From Eledone cirrhosa (taxonomy: Eukaryota): a stretch of 64,000 nucleotides of DNA. The stretch is taken from NCBI GenBank assembly GCA_964016885.1, contig OZ024740.1:46438001-46502000 (forward strand). The letters are read 5' to 3'. The translations under genes were made by a program, and so were the position numbers. Shown here piece after piece: positions 45,601 to 61,600 of the stretch; the first letter of the stretch is position 1; each line of letters begins with the position of its first letter. The notes under the pieces were generated by a model. The model was not told where the DNA came from. It made no database searches and was given only the letters and a program-made list of their open reading frames with translations.

Positions 45601-48600
45601 ATGTAACCTCTACTATAGCCACAACCCAGTCTAACAGAATTACAATGTAACCTCTACTATAGCCACAACCCAGTCTAACAGAATTACAATGTAACCTCTA
45701 CTATAGCCACAACCCAGCCTAACAGAATTACAATTGAACCTCTACTATAGTCACAACCCAGCCTAACAGAATTACAATGTAACCTCTACTATAGCCACAA
45801 CCCAGTCTAACAGAATTACAATGTAACCTCTACTATAGCCACAACCCAGCCTAACAGAATTACAATGTAACCTCTACTATAGCCACAACCCAGCCTAACA
45901 GAATTACAATGTAACCTCTACTATAGCCACAACACAGTCTATCAGAATTACAATGTAACCTCTACTATAGCCACAACCCAGCCTAACAGAATTACAATGT
46001 AACCTCTACTATAGCCACAACCTAGCCTAACAGAATTACAATGTAACCTCTACTATAGCCACAACCCAGTCTAGCAGAATTACAATGTAACCTCTACTAT
46101 AGCCACAACCTAGTCTAACAGAATTACAATGTAACCTCTACTATAGTCACAACCCATGTGTAACAGAATTACAATGTAACCTCTACTATAGCCACAAACC
46201 AGTCTATCAGAATTACAATGTAACCTCTACTATAGCCACAACCCAGCCTAACAGAATTACAATGTAACCTCTACTATAGCCACAACCCAGCCTAACAGAA
46301 TTACAATGTAACCTCTACTATAGCCACAACCCAGTCTATCAGAATTACAATGTAACCTCTACTATAGCCACAACCCAGTATAGCAGAATTACAATGTAAC
46401 CTCTACTATAGCCACAACCCAGTCTAACAGAATTACAATGTAACCTCTACTATAGCCACAACCCAGCCTAACAGAATTACAATGTAACCTCTACTATAGT
46501 CACAACCCAGCCTAACAGAATTACAATGTAACCTCTACTATAGCCACAACCCAGTCTAGCAGAATTACAATGTAACCTCTACTATAGCTACAACATAGTC
46601 TAACAGAATTACAATGTAAACTCTACTATAGCCACAACCTAGCCTAACAGAATTACAATGTTTAACTCTACTATAGTCACAACCCGGTCTAACAGAATTA
46701 CAATGTAACCTCTACTATAGCCACAACCCAGCCTAACAGAATTACAATGTAACCTCTACTATAGCCACAACCTAGCCTAACAGAATTACAATGTAACCTC
46801 TACTATAGCCACAACCTAGCCTAACAGAATTACAATGTAACCTCTACTATAGCCACAACCTAGCCTAACAGAATTACAATGTAACCTCTACTATAGCCAC
46901 AACCTAGCCTAACAGAATTACAATGTAACCTCTACTATAGCCACAACCTAGCCTAACAGAATTACAATGTAACCTCTACTATAGCCACAACCTAGCCTAA
47001 CAGAATTACAATGTAACCTCTACTATAGCCACAACCTAGCCTAACAGAATTACAATGTAACCTCTACTATAGCCACAACCTAGTCTAACAGAATTACAAT
47101 GTAACCTCTACTATAGTCACAACCCATGTGTAACAGAATTACAATGTAACCTCTACTATAGCCACAAACCAGTCTATCAGAATTACAATGTAACCTCTAC
47201 TATAGCCACAACCCAGCCTAACAGAATTACAATGTAACCTCTACTATAGCCACAACCTAGCCTAACAGAATTACAATGTAACCTCTACTATAGCCACAAC
47301 CCAGCCTAACAGAATTACAATGTAACCTCTACTATAGCCACAACCTAGCCTAACAGAATTACAATGTAACCTCTACTATAGCCACAACACAGCCTAACAG
47401 AATTACAATGTAACCTCTACTATAGCCACAACCCAGCCTAACAGAATTACAATGTAACCTCTACTATAGCCACAACCCAGCCTAACAGAATTACAATGTA
47501 ACCTCTACTATAGCCACAACCCAGTCTAACAGAATTACAATGTAACCTCTACTATAGCCACAACCCAGCCTAACAGAATTACAATGTAACCTCTACTATA
47601 GCCACAACCCAGCCTAAAAGAATTACAATGTAACCCCTACTATAGCCACAACCTAGTCTAACAGAATTACAATGTAACCTCTACTATAGCCACAACCCAG
47701 TCTAACAGAATTACAATGTAACCTCTACTATAGCCACAACCCAACCTAACAGCAGAATTACAATGTAACCTCTACTATAGCCACAACCCAGCCTAACAGA
47801 ATTACAATGTAACCTCTACTATAGACACAACCCAGTCTAACAGAATTACAATGTAACCTCTACTATAGCCACAACCCAGTCTAACAGAATTACAATGTAA
47901 CCTCTACTATAGCCACAACCCAGTCTAACAGAATTACAATGTAACCTCTACTATAGCCACAACCCAGTCTAACAGAATTACAATGTAACCTCTACTATAG
48001 CCACAACCCAGTCTAACAGAATTACAATGTAACCTCTACTATAGCCACAACCCAGCCTAACAGAATTACAATGTAACCTCTACTATAGCCACAACCCAGT
48101 CTAACAGAATTACAATGTAACCTCTACTATAGCCACAACCCAGTCTAACAGAATTACAATGTAACCTCTACTATAGCCACAACCCAGTCTAACAGAATTA
48201 CAATGTAACCTCTACTATAGCCACAACCCAGTCTAACAGAATTACAATTTAACCTCTACTATAGCCACAACCCAGCCTAACAGAATTACAATGTAACCTC
48301 TACTATAGCCACAACCTAGCCTAACAGAATTACAATGTAACCTCTACTATAGTCACAACCCAGTCTAACAGAATTACAATGTAACCTCTACTATAGCCAC
48401 AACCCAGTCTAACAGAATTACAATGTAACCTCTACTATAGCCACAACCCAACCTAACAGCAGAATTACAATGTAACCTCTACTATAGCCACAACCCAGCC
48501 TAACAGAATTACAATGTAACCTCTACTATAGCCACAACCTAGCCTAACAGAATTACAATGTAACCTCTACTATAGCCACAACCCAGTCTAACAGAATTAC

Positions 48601-48819
48601 AACGTAACCTTTACTATAGCCACAACCCAGCCTAACAGAATTACAATGTAACCTCTACTATAGTCACAACCCAGCCTAACAGAATTACAATGTAACCTCT
48701 ACTATAGCCACAACCCAGTCTAACAGAATTACAATGTAAACTCTACTATAGCCACAACCCAGCCTAACAGAATTACAATGTAACCTCTACTATAGCCACA
48801 ACCCAGCCTAACAGAATTA

Positions 48820-51800
48820 CAATGTAACCTCTACTATAGCCACAACCCAGTCTATCAGAATTACAATGTAACCTCTACTATAGCCACAACCCAGCCTAAC
48901 AGAATTACAATGTAACCTCTACTATAGCCACAACCTAGCCTAACAGAATTACAATGTAACCTCTACTATAGCCACAACCCAGTCTAACATAATTACAATG
49001 TAACCTCTACTATAGCCACAACCTAGCCTAACAGAATTACAATGTAACCTCTACTATAGCCACAACCCAGTCTAGCAGAATTACAATGTAACCTCTACTA
49101 TAGCCACAACCTAGTCTAACAGAATTACAATGTAACCTCTACTATAGTCACAACCCATGTGTAACAGAATTACAATGTAACCTCTACTATAGCCACAAAC
49201 CAGTCTATCAGAATTACAATGTAACCTCTACTATAGCCACAACCTAGCCTAACAGAATTACAATGTCACCTCTACTATAGCCACAACCCAGCCTAACAGA
49301 ATTACAATGTAACCTCTACTATAGCCACAACCCAGTCTATCAGAATTACAATGTAACCTCTACTATAGCCACAACCCAGTATAGCAGAATTACAATGTAA
49401 CCTCTACTATAGCCACAACCCAGTCTAACAGAATTACAATGTAACCTCTACTATAGCCACAACCCAGCCTAACAGAATTACAATGTAACCTCTACTATAG
49501 TCACAACCCAGCCTAACAGAATTACAATGTAACCTCTACTATAGCCACAACCCAGTCTAGCAGAATTACAATGTAACCTCTACTATAGCCACAACCTAGT
49601 CTAACAGAATTACAATGTAAACTCTACTATAGCCACAACCTAGCCTAACAGAATTACAATGTTTAACTCTACTATAGTCACAACCCGGTCTAACAGAATT
49701 ACAATGTAACCTCTACTATAGTCACAACCCAGCCTAACAGAATTACAATGTAACCTCTATTATAGTCACAACCCAGTCTAACAGAATTACAATGTAACCT
49801 CTACTATAGTCACAACCCAGCCTAACAGAATTACAATGTATCCTCTACTATAGCCACAACCTAGCCTAACAGAATTACAATGTAACCTCTACTATAGCCA
49901 CAACCTAGCCTAACAGAATTACAATGTAACCTCTACTATAGCCACAACCCAGCCTAACAGAATTACAATGTAACCTCTACTATAGCCACAACCCAGCCTA
50001 AAAGAATTACAATGTAACCCCTACTATAGCCACAACCCAGTCTAACAGAATTACAATGTAACCTCTACTATAGCCACAACCCAGTCTAACAGAATTACAA
50101 TGTAACCTCTACTATAGCCACAACCCAACCTAACAGCAGAATTACAATGTAACCTCTACTATAGCCACAACCCAGCCTAACAGAATTACAATGTAAACTC
50201 TACTATAGACACAACCCAGTCTAACAGAATTACAATGTAACCTCTACTATAGCCACAACCCAGTCTAACAGAATTACAATGTAACCTCTACTATAGCCAC
50301 AACCCAGTCTAACAGAATTACAATGTAACCTCTACTATAGCCACAACCCAGTCTAACAGAATTACAATGTAACCTCTACTATAGCCACAACCCAGTCTAA
50401 CAGAATTACAATGTAACCTCTACTATAGCCACAACCCAGCCTAACAGAATTACAATGTAACCTCTACTATAGCCACAACCCAGTCTAACAGAATTACAAT
50501 GTAACCTCTACTATAGCCACAACCCAGTCTAACAGAATTACAATGTAACCTCTACTATAGCCACAACCCAGTCTAACAGAATTACAATTTAACCTCTACT
50601 ATAGCCACAACCCAGCCTAACAGAATTACAATGTAACCTCTACTATAGCCACAACCTAGCCTAACAGAATTACAATGTAACCTCTACTATAGTCACAACC
50701 CAGTCTAACAGAATTACAATGTAACCTCTACTATAGTCACAACCCAGCCTAACAGAATTACAATGTAACCTCTACTATAGCCACAACCCAGTCTAACAGA
50801 ATTACAATGTAACCTCTACTATAGCCACAACCCAGTCTAACAGAATTACAATGTAACCTCTACTATAGCCACAACCCAGTCTATCAGAATTACAATGTAA
50901 CCTCTACTATAGCCACAACCCAGCCTAACAGAATTACAATGTAACCTCTACTATAGCCACAACCTAGCCTAACAGAATTACAATGTAACCTCTACTATAG
51001 CCACAACCCAGTCTAACATAATTACAATGTAACCTCTACTATAGCCACAACCTAGCCTAACAGAATTACAATGTAACCTCTACTATAGCCACAACCCAGT
51101 CTAGCAGAATTACAATGTAACCTCTACTATAGCCACAACCTAGTCTAACAGAATTACAATGTAACCTCTACTATAGTCACAACCCATGTGTAACAGAATT
51201 ACAATGTAACCTCTACTATAGCCACAAACCAGTCTATCAGAATTACAATGTAACCTCTACTATAGCCACAACCTAGCCTAACAGAATTACAATGTCACCT
51301 CTACTATAGCCACAACCCAGCCTAACAGAATTACAATGTAACCTCTACTATAGCCACAACCCAGTCTATCAGAATTACAATGTAACCTCTACTATAGCCA
51401 CAACCCAGTATAGCAGAATTACAATGTAACCTCTACTATAGCCACAACCCAGTCTAACAGAATTACAATGTAACCTCTACTATAGCCACAACCCAGCCTA
51501 ACAGAATTACAATGTAACCTCTACTATAGTCACAACCCAGCCTAACAGAATTACAATGTAACCTCTACTATAGCCACAACCCAGTCTAGCAGAATTACAA
51601 TGTAACCTCTACTATAGCCACAACCTAGTCTAACAGAATTACAATGTAAACTCTACTATAGCCACAACCTAGCCTAACAGAATTACAATGTTTAACTCTA
51701 CTATAGTCACAACCCGGTCTAACAGAATTACAATGTAACCTCTACTATAGTCACAACCCAGCCTAACAGAATTACAATGTAACCTCTATTATAGTCACAA

Positions 51801-52880
51801 CCCAGTCTAACAGAATTACAATGTAACCTCTACTATAGTCACAACCCAGCCTAACAGAATTACAATGTATCCTCTACTATAGCCACAACCTAGCCTAACA
51901 GAATTACAATGTAACCTCTACTATAGCCACAACCTAGCCTAACAGAATTACAATGTAACCTCTACTATAGCCACAACCCAGCCTAACAGAATTACAATGT
52001 AACCTCTACTATAGCCACAACCCAGCCTAAAAGAATTACAATGTAACCCCTACTATAGCCACAACCCAGTCTAACAGAATTACAATGTAACCTCTACTAT
52101 AGCCACAACCCAGTCTAACAGAATTACAATGTAACCTCTACTATAGCCACAACCCAACCTAACAGCAGAATTACAATGTAACCTCTACTATAGCCACAAC
52201 CCAGCCTAACAGAATTACAATGTAAACTCTACTATAGACACAACCCAGTCTAACAGAATTACAATGTAACCTCTACTATAGCCACAACCCAGTCTAACAG
52301 AATTACAATGTAACCTCTACTATAGCCACAACCCAGTCTAACAGAATTACAATGTAACCTCTACTATAGCCACAACCCAGTCTAACAGAATTACAATGTA
52401 ACCTCTACTATAGCCACAACCCAGTCTAACAGAATTACAATGTAACCTCTACTATAGCCACAACCCAGCCTAACAGAATTACAATGTAACCTCTACTATA
52501 GCCACAACCCAGTCTAACAGAATTACAATGTAACCTCTACTATAGCCACAACCCAGTCTAACAGAATTACAATGTAACCTCTACTATAGCCACAACCCAG
52601 TCTAACAGAATTACAATTTAACCTCTACTATAGCCACAACCCAGCCTAACAGAATTACAATGTAACCTCTACTATAGCCACAACCTAGCCTAACAGAATT
52701 ACAATGTAACCTCTACTATAGTCACAACCCAGTCTAACAGAATTACAATGTAACCTCTACTATAGTCACAACCCAGCCTAACAGAATTACAATGTAACCT
52801 CTACTATAGCCACAACCCAGTCTAACAGAATTACAATGTAACCTCTACTATAGCCACAACCCAGTCTAACAGAATTACAA
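48820..52880. repeat. Tandem duplication, 2029-bp unit (46 monomers)
   Basis: Private markers ATGTCACC (49267/51296), CTATTATAGTC, ATGTATCC and AAACT-TAGACAC each occur twice, offset 2029 = 46x44 + 3 + 1 + 1. Confidence 0.87.
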
Positions 52881-55659
52881 TGTAACCTCTACTATAGCCA
52901 CAACCCAGCCTAACAGAATTACAATGTAACCTCTACTATAGCCACAACCTAGCCTAACAGAATTACAATGTAACCTCTACTATAGCCACAACCCAGTCTA
53001 ACAGAATTACAATGTAACCTTTACTATAGCCACAACCCAGCCTAACAGAATTACAATGTAACCTCTACTATAGTCACAACCCAGCCTAACAGAATTACAA
53101 TGTAACCTCTACTATAGCCACAACCCAGTCTAACAGAATTACAATGTAACCTCTACTATAGCCACAACCCAGCCTAACAGAATTACAATGTAACCTCTAC
53201 TATAGCCACAACCCAGCCTAACAGAATTACAATGTAACCTCTACTATAGCCACAACCCAGTCTATCAGAATTACAATGTAACCTCTACTATAGCCACAAC
53301 CCAGCCTAACAGAATTATAATGTAACCTCTACTATAGCCACAACCTAGCCTAACAGAATTACAATGTAACCTCTACTATAGCCACAACCCAGTCTAACAT
53401 AATTACAATGTAACCTCTACTATAGCCACAACCTAGCCTAACAGAATTACAATGTAACCTCTACTATAGCCACAACCCAGTCTAGCAGAATTACAATGTA
53501 ACCTCTACTATAGCCACAACCTAGTCTAACAGAATTACAATGTAACCTCTACTATAGTCACAACCCATGTGTAACAGAATTACAATGTAACCTCTACTAT
53601 AGCCACAAACCAGTCTATCAGAATTACAATGTAACCTCTACTATAGCCACAACCCAGCCTAACAGAATTACAATGTAACCTCTACTATAGCCACAACCTA
53701 GCCTAACAGAATTACAATGTAACCTCTACTATAGCCACAACCCAGCCTAACAGAATTACAATGTAACCTCTACTATAGCCACAACCCAGTCTATCAGAAT
53801 TACAATGTAACCTCTACTATAGCCACAACCCAGTATAGCAGAATTACAATGTAACCTCTACTATAGCCACAATCCAGTCTAACAGAATTACAATGTAACC
53901 TCTACTATAGCCACAACCCAGCCTAACAGAATTACAATGTAACCTCTACTATAGTCACAACCCAGCCTAACAGAATTACAATGTAACCTCTACTATAGCC
54001 ACAACCCAATCTAGCAGAATTACAATGTAACCTCTACTATAGCCACAACCTAGTCTAACAGAATTACAATGTAAACTCTACTATAGCCACAACCTAGCCT
54101 AACAGAATTACAATGTTTAACTCTACTATAGTCACAACCCGGTCTAACAGAATTACAATGTAACCTCTACTATAGTCACAACCCAGCCTAACAGAATTAC
54201 AATGTAACCTCTACTATAGCCACAACCTAGCCTAACAGAATTACAATGTAACCTCTACTATAGCCACAACCTAGCCTAACAGAATTACAATGTAACCTCT
54301 ACTATAGCCACAACCTAGCCTAACAGAATTACAATGTAACCTCTACTATAGCCACAACCTAGCCTAACAGAATTTCAATGTAACCTCTACTATAGCCACA
54401 ACCTAGCCTAACAGAATTACAATGTAACCTCTACTATAGCCACAACCTAGCCTAACAGAATTACAATGTAACCTCTACTATAGCCACAACCTAGCCTAAC
54501 AGAATTACAATGTAACCTCTACTATAGCCACAACCTAGCCTAACAGAATTACAATGTAAACTCTACTATAGTCACAACCCAGTCTAACAGAATTACAATG
54601 TAACCTCTACTATAGTCACAACCCAGCCTAACAGAATTACAATGTAACCTCTACTATAGCCACAACCTAGCCTAACAGAATTACAATGTAACCTCTACTA
54701 TAGCCACAACCTAGCCTAACAGAATTACAATGTAACCTCTACTATAGCCACAACCCAGTCTAGCAGAATTACAATGTAACCTCTACTATAGCCACAACCT
54801 AGTCTAACAGAATTACAATGTAACCTCTACTATAGTCACAACCCATGTGTAACAGAATTACAATGTAACCTCTACTATAGCCACAAACCAGTCTATCAGA
54901 ATTACAATGTAACCTCTACTATAGCCACAACCCAGCCTAACAGAATTACAATGTAATCTCTACTATAGCCACAACCTAGCCTAACAGAATTACAATGTAA
55001 CCTCTACTATAGCCACAACACAGCCTAACAGAATTACAATGTAACCTCTACTATAGCCACAACCCAGTCTATCAGAATTACAATGTAACCTCTACTATAG
55101 CCACAACCCAGTCTAGCAGAATTACAATGTAACCTCTACTATAGCCACAACCCAGTCTAACAGAATTACAATGTAACCTCTACTATAGCCACAACCCAGC
55201 CTAACAGAATTACAATGTAACCTCTACTATAGTCACAACCCAGCCTAACAGAATTACAATGTAACCTCTACTATAGCCACAACCCAGTCTAGCAGAATTA
55301 CAATGTAACCTCTACTATAGCCACAACCTAGTCTAACAGAATTACAATGTAAACTCTACTATAGCCACAACCTAGCCTAACAGAATTACAATGTAAACTC
55401 TACTATAGTCACAACCCAGTCTAACAGAATTACAATGTAACCTCTACTATAGTCACAACCCAGCCTAACAGAATTACAATGTAACCTCTACTATAGCCAC
55501 AACCTAGCCTAACAGAATTACAATGTAACCTCTACTATAGCCACAACCTAGCCTAACAGAATTACAATGTAACCTCTACTATAGCCACAACCTAGCCTAA
55601 CAGAATTACAATGTAACCTCTACTATAGCCACAACCTAGCCTAACAGAATTACAATGTA

Positions 55660-58600
55660 ACCTCTACTATAGCCACAACCCAGTCTAACAGAATTACAAT
55701 GTAACCTCTACTATGGCCACAACCCAGCCTAACAGAATTACAATGTAACTTCTACTATAGCCACAACCCAGCCTAAAAGAATTACAATGTAACCCCTACT
55801 ATAGCCACAACCCAGTCTAACAGAATTACAATGTAACCTCTACTATAGCCACAACCCAGTCTAACAGAATTACAATGTAACCTCTACTATAGCCACAACC
55901 CAACCTAACAGCAGAATTACAATGTAACCTCTACTATAGCCACAACCCAGCCTAACAGAATTACAATGTAACCTCTACTATAGCCACAACCCAGTCTAAC
56001 AGAATTACAATGTAACCTCTACTATAGCCACAACCCAGTCTAACAGAATTACAATGTAACCTCTACTATAGCCACAACCCAGTCTAACAGAATTACAATG
56101 TAACCTCTACTATAGCCACAACCCATTCTAACAGAATTACAATGTAACCTCTACTATAGCCACAACCCAGTCTAGCAGAATTACAATGTAACCTCTACTA
56201 GAGCCACAACCCAGTCTAGCAGAATTACAATGTAACCTCTACTATAGCCACAACCTAGCCTAACAGAATTACAATGTAACCTCTACTATAGCCACAACCT
56301 AGCCTAACAGAATTACAATGTAACCTCTACTATAGCCACAACCTAGCCTAACAGAATTACAATGTAACCTCTACTATAGCCACAACCTAGCCTAACAGAA
56401 TTACAATGTAAACTCTACTATAGTCACAACCCAGTCTAACAGAATTACAATGTAACCTCTACTATAGCCACAACCCAGTCTAACAGAATTACAATGTAAC
56501 CTCTACTATAGCCACAACCTAGCCTAACAGAATTACAATGTAACCTCTACTATAGCCACAACCTAGCCTAACAGAATTACAATGTAACCTCTACTATAGC
56601 CACAACCTAGCCTAACAGAATTACAATGTAACCTCTACTATAGCCACAACCTAGCCTAACAGAATTACAATGTAACCTCTACTATAGCCACAACCTAGCC
56701 TAACAGAATTACAATGTAAACTCTACTATAGTCACAACCCAGCCTAACAGAATTACAATATAACCTCTACTATAGCCACAACCCAGTCTAACAGAATTAC
56801 GATGTAACCTCTACTATAGCCACAACCTAGCCTAACAGAATTACAATGTAACCTCTACTATAGCCACAACCTAGCCTACCAGAATTACAATGTAACCTCT
56901 ACTATAGCCACAACCTAGCCGAACAGAATTACAATGTAAACTCTACTATAGTCACAACCCAGTCTAACAGAATTACAATGTAACCTCTACTATAGTCACA
57001 ACCCAGCCTAACAGAATTACAATGTAACCTCTACTATAGCCACAACCTAGCCTAACAGAATTACAATGTAACCTCTACTATAGCCACAACCTAGCCTAAC
57101 AGAATTACAATGTAACCTCTACTATAGCCACAACCTAGCCTAACAGAATTACAATGTAACCTCTACTATAGCCACAACCTAGCCTAACAGAATTACAATG
57201 TAACCTCTACTATAGCCACAACCTAGCCTAACAGAATTACAATGTAACCTCTACTATAGCCACAACCTAGCCTAACAGAATTACAATGTAACCTCTACTA
57301 TAGCCACAACCTAGCCTAACAGAATTACAATGTAACCTCTACTATAGCCACAACCTAGCCTAACAGAATTACAATGTAACCTCTACTATAGCCACAACCT
57401 AGCCTAACAGAATTACAATGTAACCTCTACTATAGCCACAACCTAGCCTAACAGAATTACAATGTAACCTCTACTATAGCCACAACCTAGCCTAACAGAA
57501 TTACAATGTAACCTCTACTATAGCCACAACACAGCCTAACAGAATTACAATGTAACCTCTACTATAGCCACAACCCAGCCTAACAGAATTACAATGTAAC
57601 CTCTACTATAGCCACAACCCAGCCTAACAGAATTACAATGTAACCTCTACTATAGCCACAACCCAGTCTAACAGAATTACAATGTAACCTCTACTATGGC
57701 CACAACCCAGCCTAACACAATTACAATGTAACCTCTACTATAGCCACAACCCAGCCTAAAAGAATTACAATGTAACCCCTACTATAGCCACAACCCAGTC
57801 TAACAGAATTACAATGTAACCTCTACTATAGCCACAACCCAGTCTAACAGAATTACAATGTAACCTCTACTATAGCCACAACCCAACCTAACAGCAGAAT
57901 TACAATGTAACCTCTACTATAGCCACAACCCAGCCTAACAGAATTACAATGTAACCTCTACTATAGCCACAACCCAGTCTAACAGAATTACAATGTAACC
58001 TCTACTATAGCCACAACCCAGTCTAACAGAATTACAATGTAACCTCTACTATAGCCACAACCCAGTCTAACAGAATTACAATGTAACCTCTACTATAGCC
58101 ACAACCCATTCTAACAGAATTACAATGTAACCTCTACTATAGCCACAACCCAGTCTAGCAGAATTACAATGTAACCTCTACTAGAGCCACAACCCAGTCT
58201 AGCAGAATTACAATGTAACCTCTACTATAGCCACAACCTAGCCTAACAGAATTACAATGTAACCTCTACTATAGCCACAACCTAGCCTAACAGAATTACA
58301 ATGTAACCTCTACTATAGCCACAACCTAGCCTAACAGAATTACAATGTAACCTCTACTATAGCCACAACCTAGCCTAACAGAATTACAATGTAAACTCTA
58401 CTATAGTCACAACCCAGTCTAACAGAATTACAATGTAACCTCTACTATAGCCACAACCCAGTCTAACAGAATTACAATGTAACCTCTACTATAGCCACAA
58501 CCTAGCCTAACAGAATTACAATGTAACCTCTACTATAGCCACAACCTAGCCTAACAGAATTACAATGTAACCTCTACTATAGCCACAACCTAGCCTAACA

Positions 58601-61600
58601 GAATTACAATGTAACCTCTACTATAGCCACAACCTAGCCTAACAGAATTACAATGTAACCTCTACTATAGCCACAACCTAGCCTAACAGAATTACAATGT
58701 AAACTCTACTATAGTCACAACCCAGCCTAACAGAATTACAATGTAACCTCTACTATAGCCACAACCCAGTCTAACAGAATTACAATGTAACCTCTATTAT
58801 AGCCACAACCTAGCCTAACAGAATTACAATGTAACCTCTACTATAGCCACAACCTAGCCTACCAGAATTACAATGTAACCTCTACTATAGCCACAACCTA
58901 GCCGAACAGAATTACAATGTAAACTCTACTATAGTCACAACCCAGTCTAACAGAATTACAATGTAACCTCTACTATAGTCACAACCCAGCCTAACAGAAT
59001 TACAATGTAACCTCTACTATAGCCACAACCTAGCCTAACAGAATTACAATGTAACCTCTACTATAGCCACAACCTAGCCTAACAGAATTACAATGTAACC
59101 TCTACTATAGCCACAACCCAGTCTAGCAGAATTACAATGTAACCTCTACTATAGCCACAACCTAGTCTAACAGAATTACAATGTAACCTCTACTATAGTC
59201 ACAACCCATGTGTAACAGAATTACAATGTAACCTCTACTATAGCCACAAACCAGTCTATCAGAATTACAATGTAACCTCTACTATAGCCACAACCCAGCC
59301 TAACAGAATTACAATGTAACCTCTACTATAGCCACAACCTAGCCTAACAGAATTACAATGTAACCTCTACTATAGCCACAACCCAGCCTAACAGAATTAC
59401 AATGTAACCTCTACTATAGCCACAACCTAGCCTAACAGAATTACAATGTAACCTCTACTATAGCCACAAACCAGTCTATCAGAATTACAATGTAACCTCT
59501 ACTATAGCCACAACCCAGCCTAACAGAATTACAATGTAACCTCTACTATAGCCACAACCTAGCCTAACAGAATTACAATGTAACCTCTACTATAGCCACA
59601 ACCCAGCCTAACAGAATTACAATGTAACCTCTACTATAGCCACAACCCAGTCTATCAGAATTACAATGTAACCTCTACTATAGCCACAACCCAGTATAGC
59701 AGAATTACAATGTAACCTCTACTATAGCCACAACCCAGTCTAACAGAATTACAATGTAACCTCTACTATAGCCACAACCCAGCCTAACAGAATTACAATG
59801 TAACCTCTACTATAGTCACAACCCAGCCTAACAGAATTACAATGTAACCTCTACTATAGCCACAACCCAGTCTAGCAGAATTACAACGTAACCTCTACTA
59901 TAGCCACAACCTAGTCTAACAGAATTACAATGTAAACTCTACTATAGCCACAACCTAGCCTAACAGAATTACAATGTTTAACTCTACTATAGTCACAACC
60001 CGGTCTAACAGAATTACAATGTAACCTCTACTATAGTCACAACCCAGCCTAACAGAATTACAATGTAACCTCTACTATAGCCACAACCTAGCCTAACAGA
60101 ATTACAATGTAACCTCTACTATAGCCACAACCTAGCCTAACAGAATTACAATGTAACCTCTACTATAGCCACAACCTAGCCTAACAGAATTACAATGTAA
60201 CCTCTACTATAGCCACAACCTAGCCTAACAGAATTACAACGTAACCTCTACAATAGCCACAACCTAGCCTAACAGAATTACAATGTAACCTCTACTATAG
60301 CCACAACCTAGCCTAACAGAATTACAATGTAACCTCTACTATAGCCACAACCTAGCCTAACAGAATTACAATGTAACCTCTACTATAGCCACAACCTAGC
60401 CTAACAGAATTACAATGTAAACTCTACTATAGTCACAACCCAGTCTAACAGAATTACAATGTAACCTCTACTATAGTCACAACCCAGCCTAACAGAATTA
60501 CAATGTAACCTCTACTATAGCCACAACCCAGTCTATCAGAATTACAATGTAACCTCTACTATAGCCACAACCCAGTATAGCAGAATTACAATGTAACCTC
60601 TACTATAGCCACAACCCAGTCTAACAGAATTACAATGTAACCTCTACTATAGCCACAACCCAGCCTAACAGAATTACAATGTAACCTCTACTATAGTCAC
60701 AACCCAGCCTAACAGAATTACAATGTAACCTCTACTATAGCCACAACCCAGTCTAGCAGAATTACAATGTAACCTCTACTATAGCCACAACCTAGTCTAA
60801 CAGAATTACAATGTAATCTCTACTATAGCCACAACCTAGCCTAACAGAATTACAATGTTTAACTCTACTATAGTCACAACCCGGTCTAACAGAATTACAA
60901 TGTAACCTCTACTATAGTCACAACCCAGCCTAACAGAATTACAATGTAACCTCTACTATAGCCACAACCTAGCCTAACAGAATTACAATGTAACCTCTAC
61001 TATAGCCACAACCTAGCCTAACAGAATTACAATGTAACCTCTACTATAGCCACAACCTAGCCTAACAGAATTACAATGTAACCTCTACTATAGCCACAAC
61101 CTAGCCTAACAGAATTACAATGTAACCTCTACTATAGCCACAACCTAGCCTAACAGAATTACAATGTAACCTCTACTATAGCCACAACCTAGCCTAACAG
61201 AATTACAATGTAACCTCTACTATAGCCACAACCTAGCCTAACAGAATTACAATGTAACCTCTACTATAGCCACAACCTAGCCTAACAGAATTACAATGTA
61301 AACTCTACTATAGTCACAACCCAGTCTAACAGAATTACAATGTAACCTCTACTATAGTCACAACCCAGCCTAACAGAATTACAATGTAACCTCTACTATA
61401 GCCACAACCTAGCCTAACAGAATTACAATGTAACCTCTACTATAGCCACAACCTAGCCTAACAGAATTACAATGTAACCTCTACTATAGCCACAACCCAG
61501 TCTAGCAGAATTACAATGTAACCTCTACTATAGCCACAACCTAGTCTAACAGAATTACAATGTAACCTCTACTATAGTCACAACCCATGTGTAACAGAAT

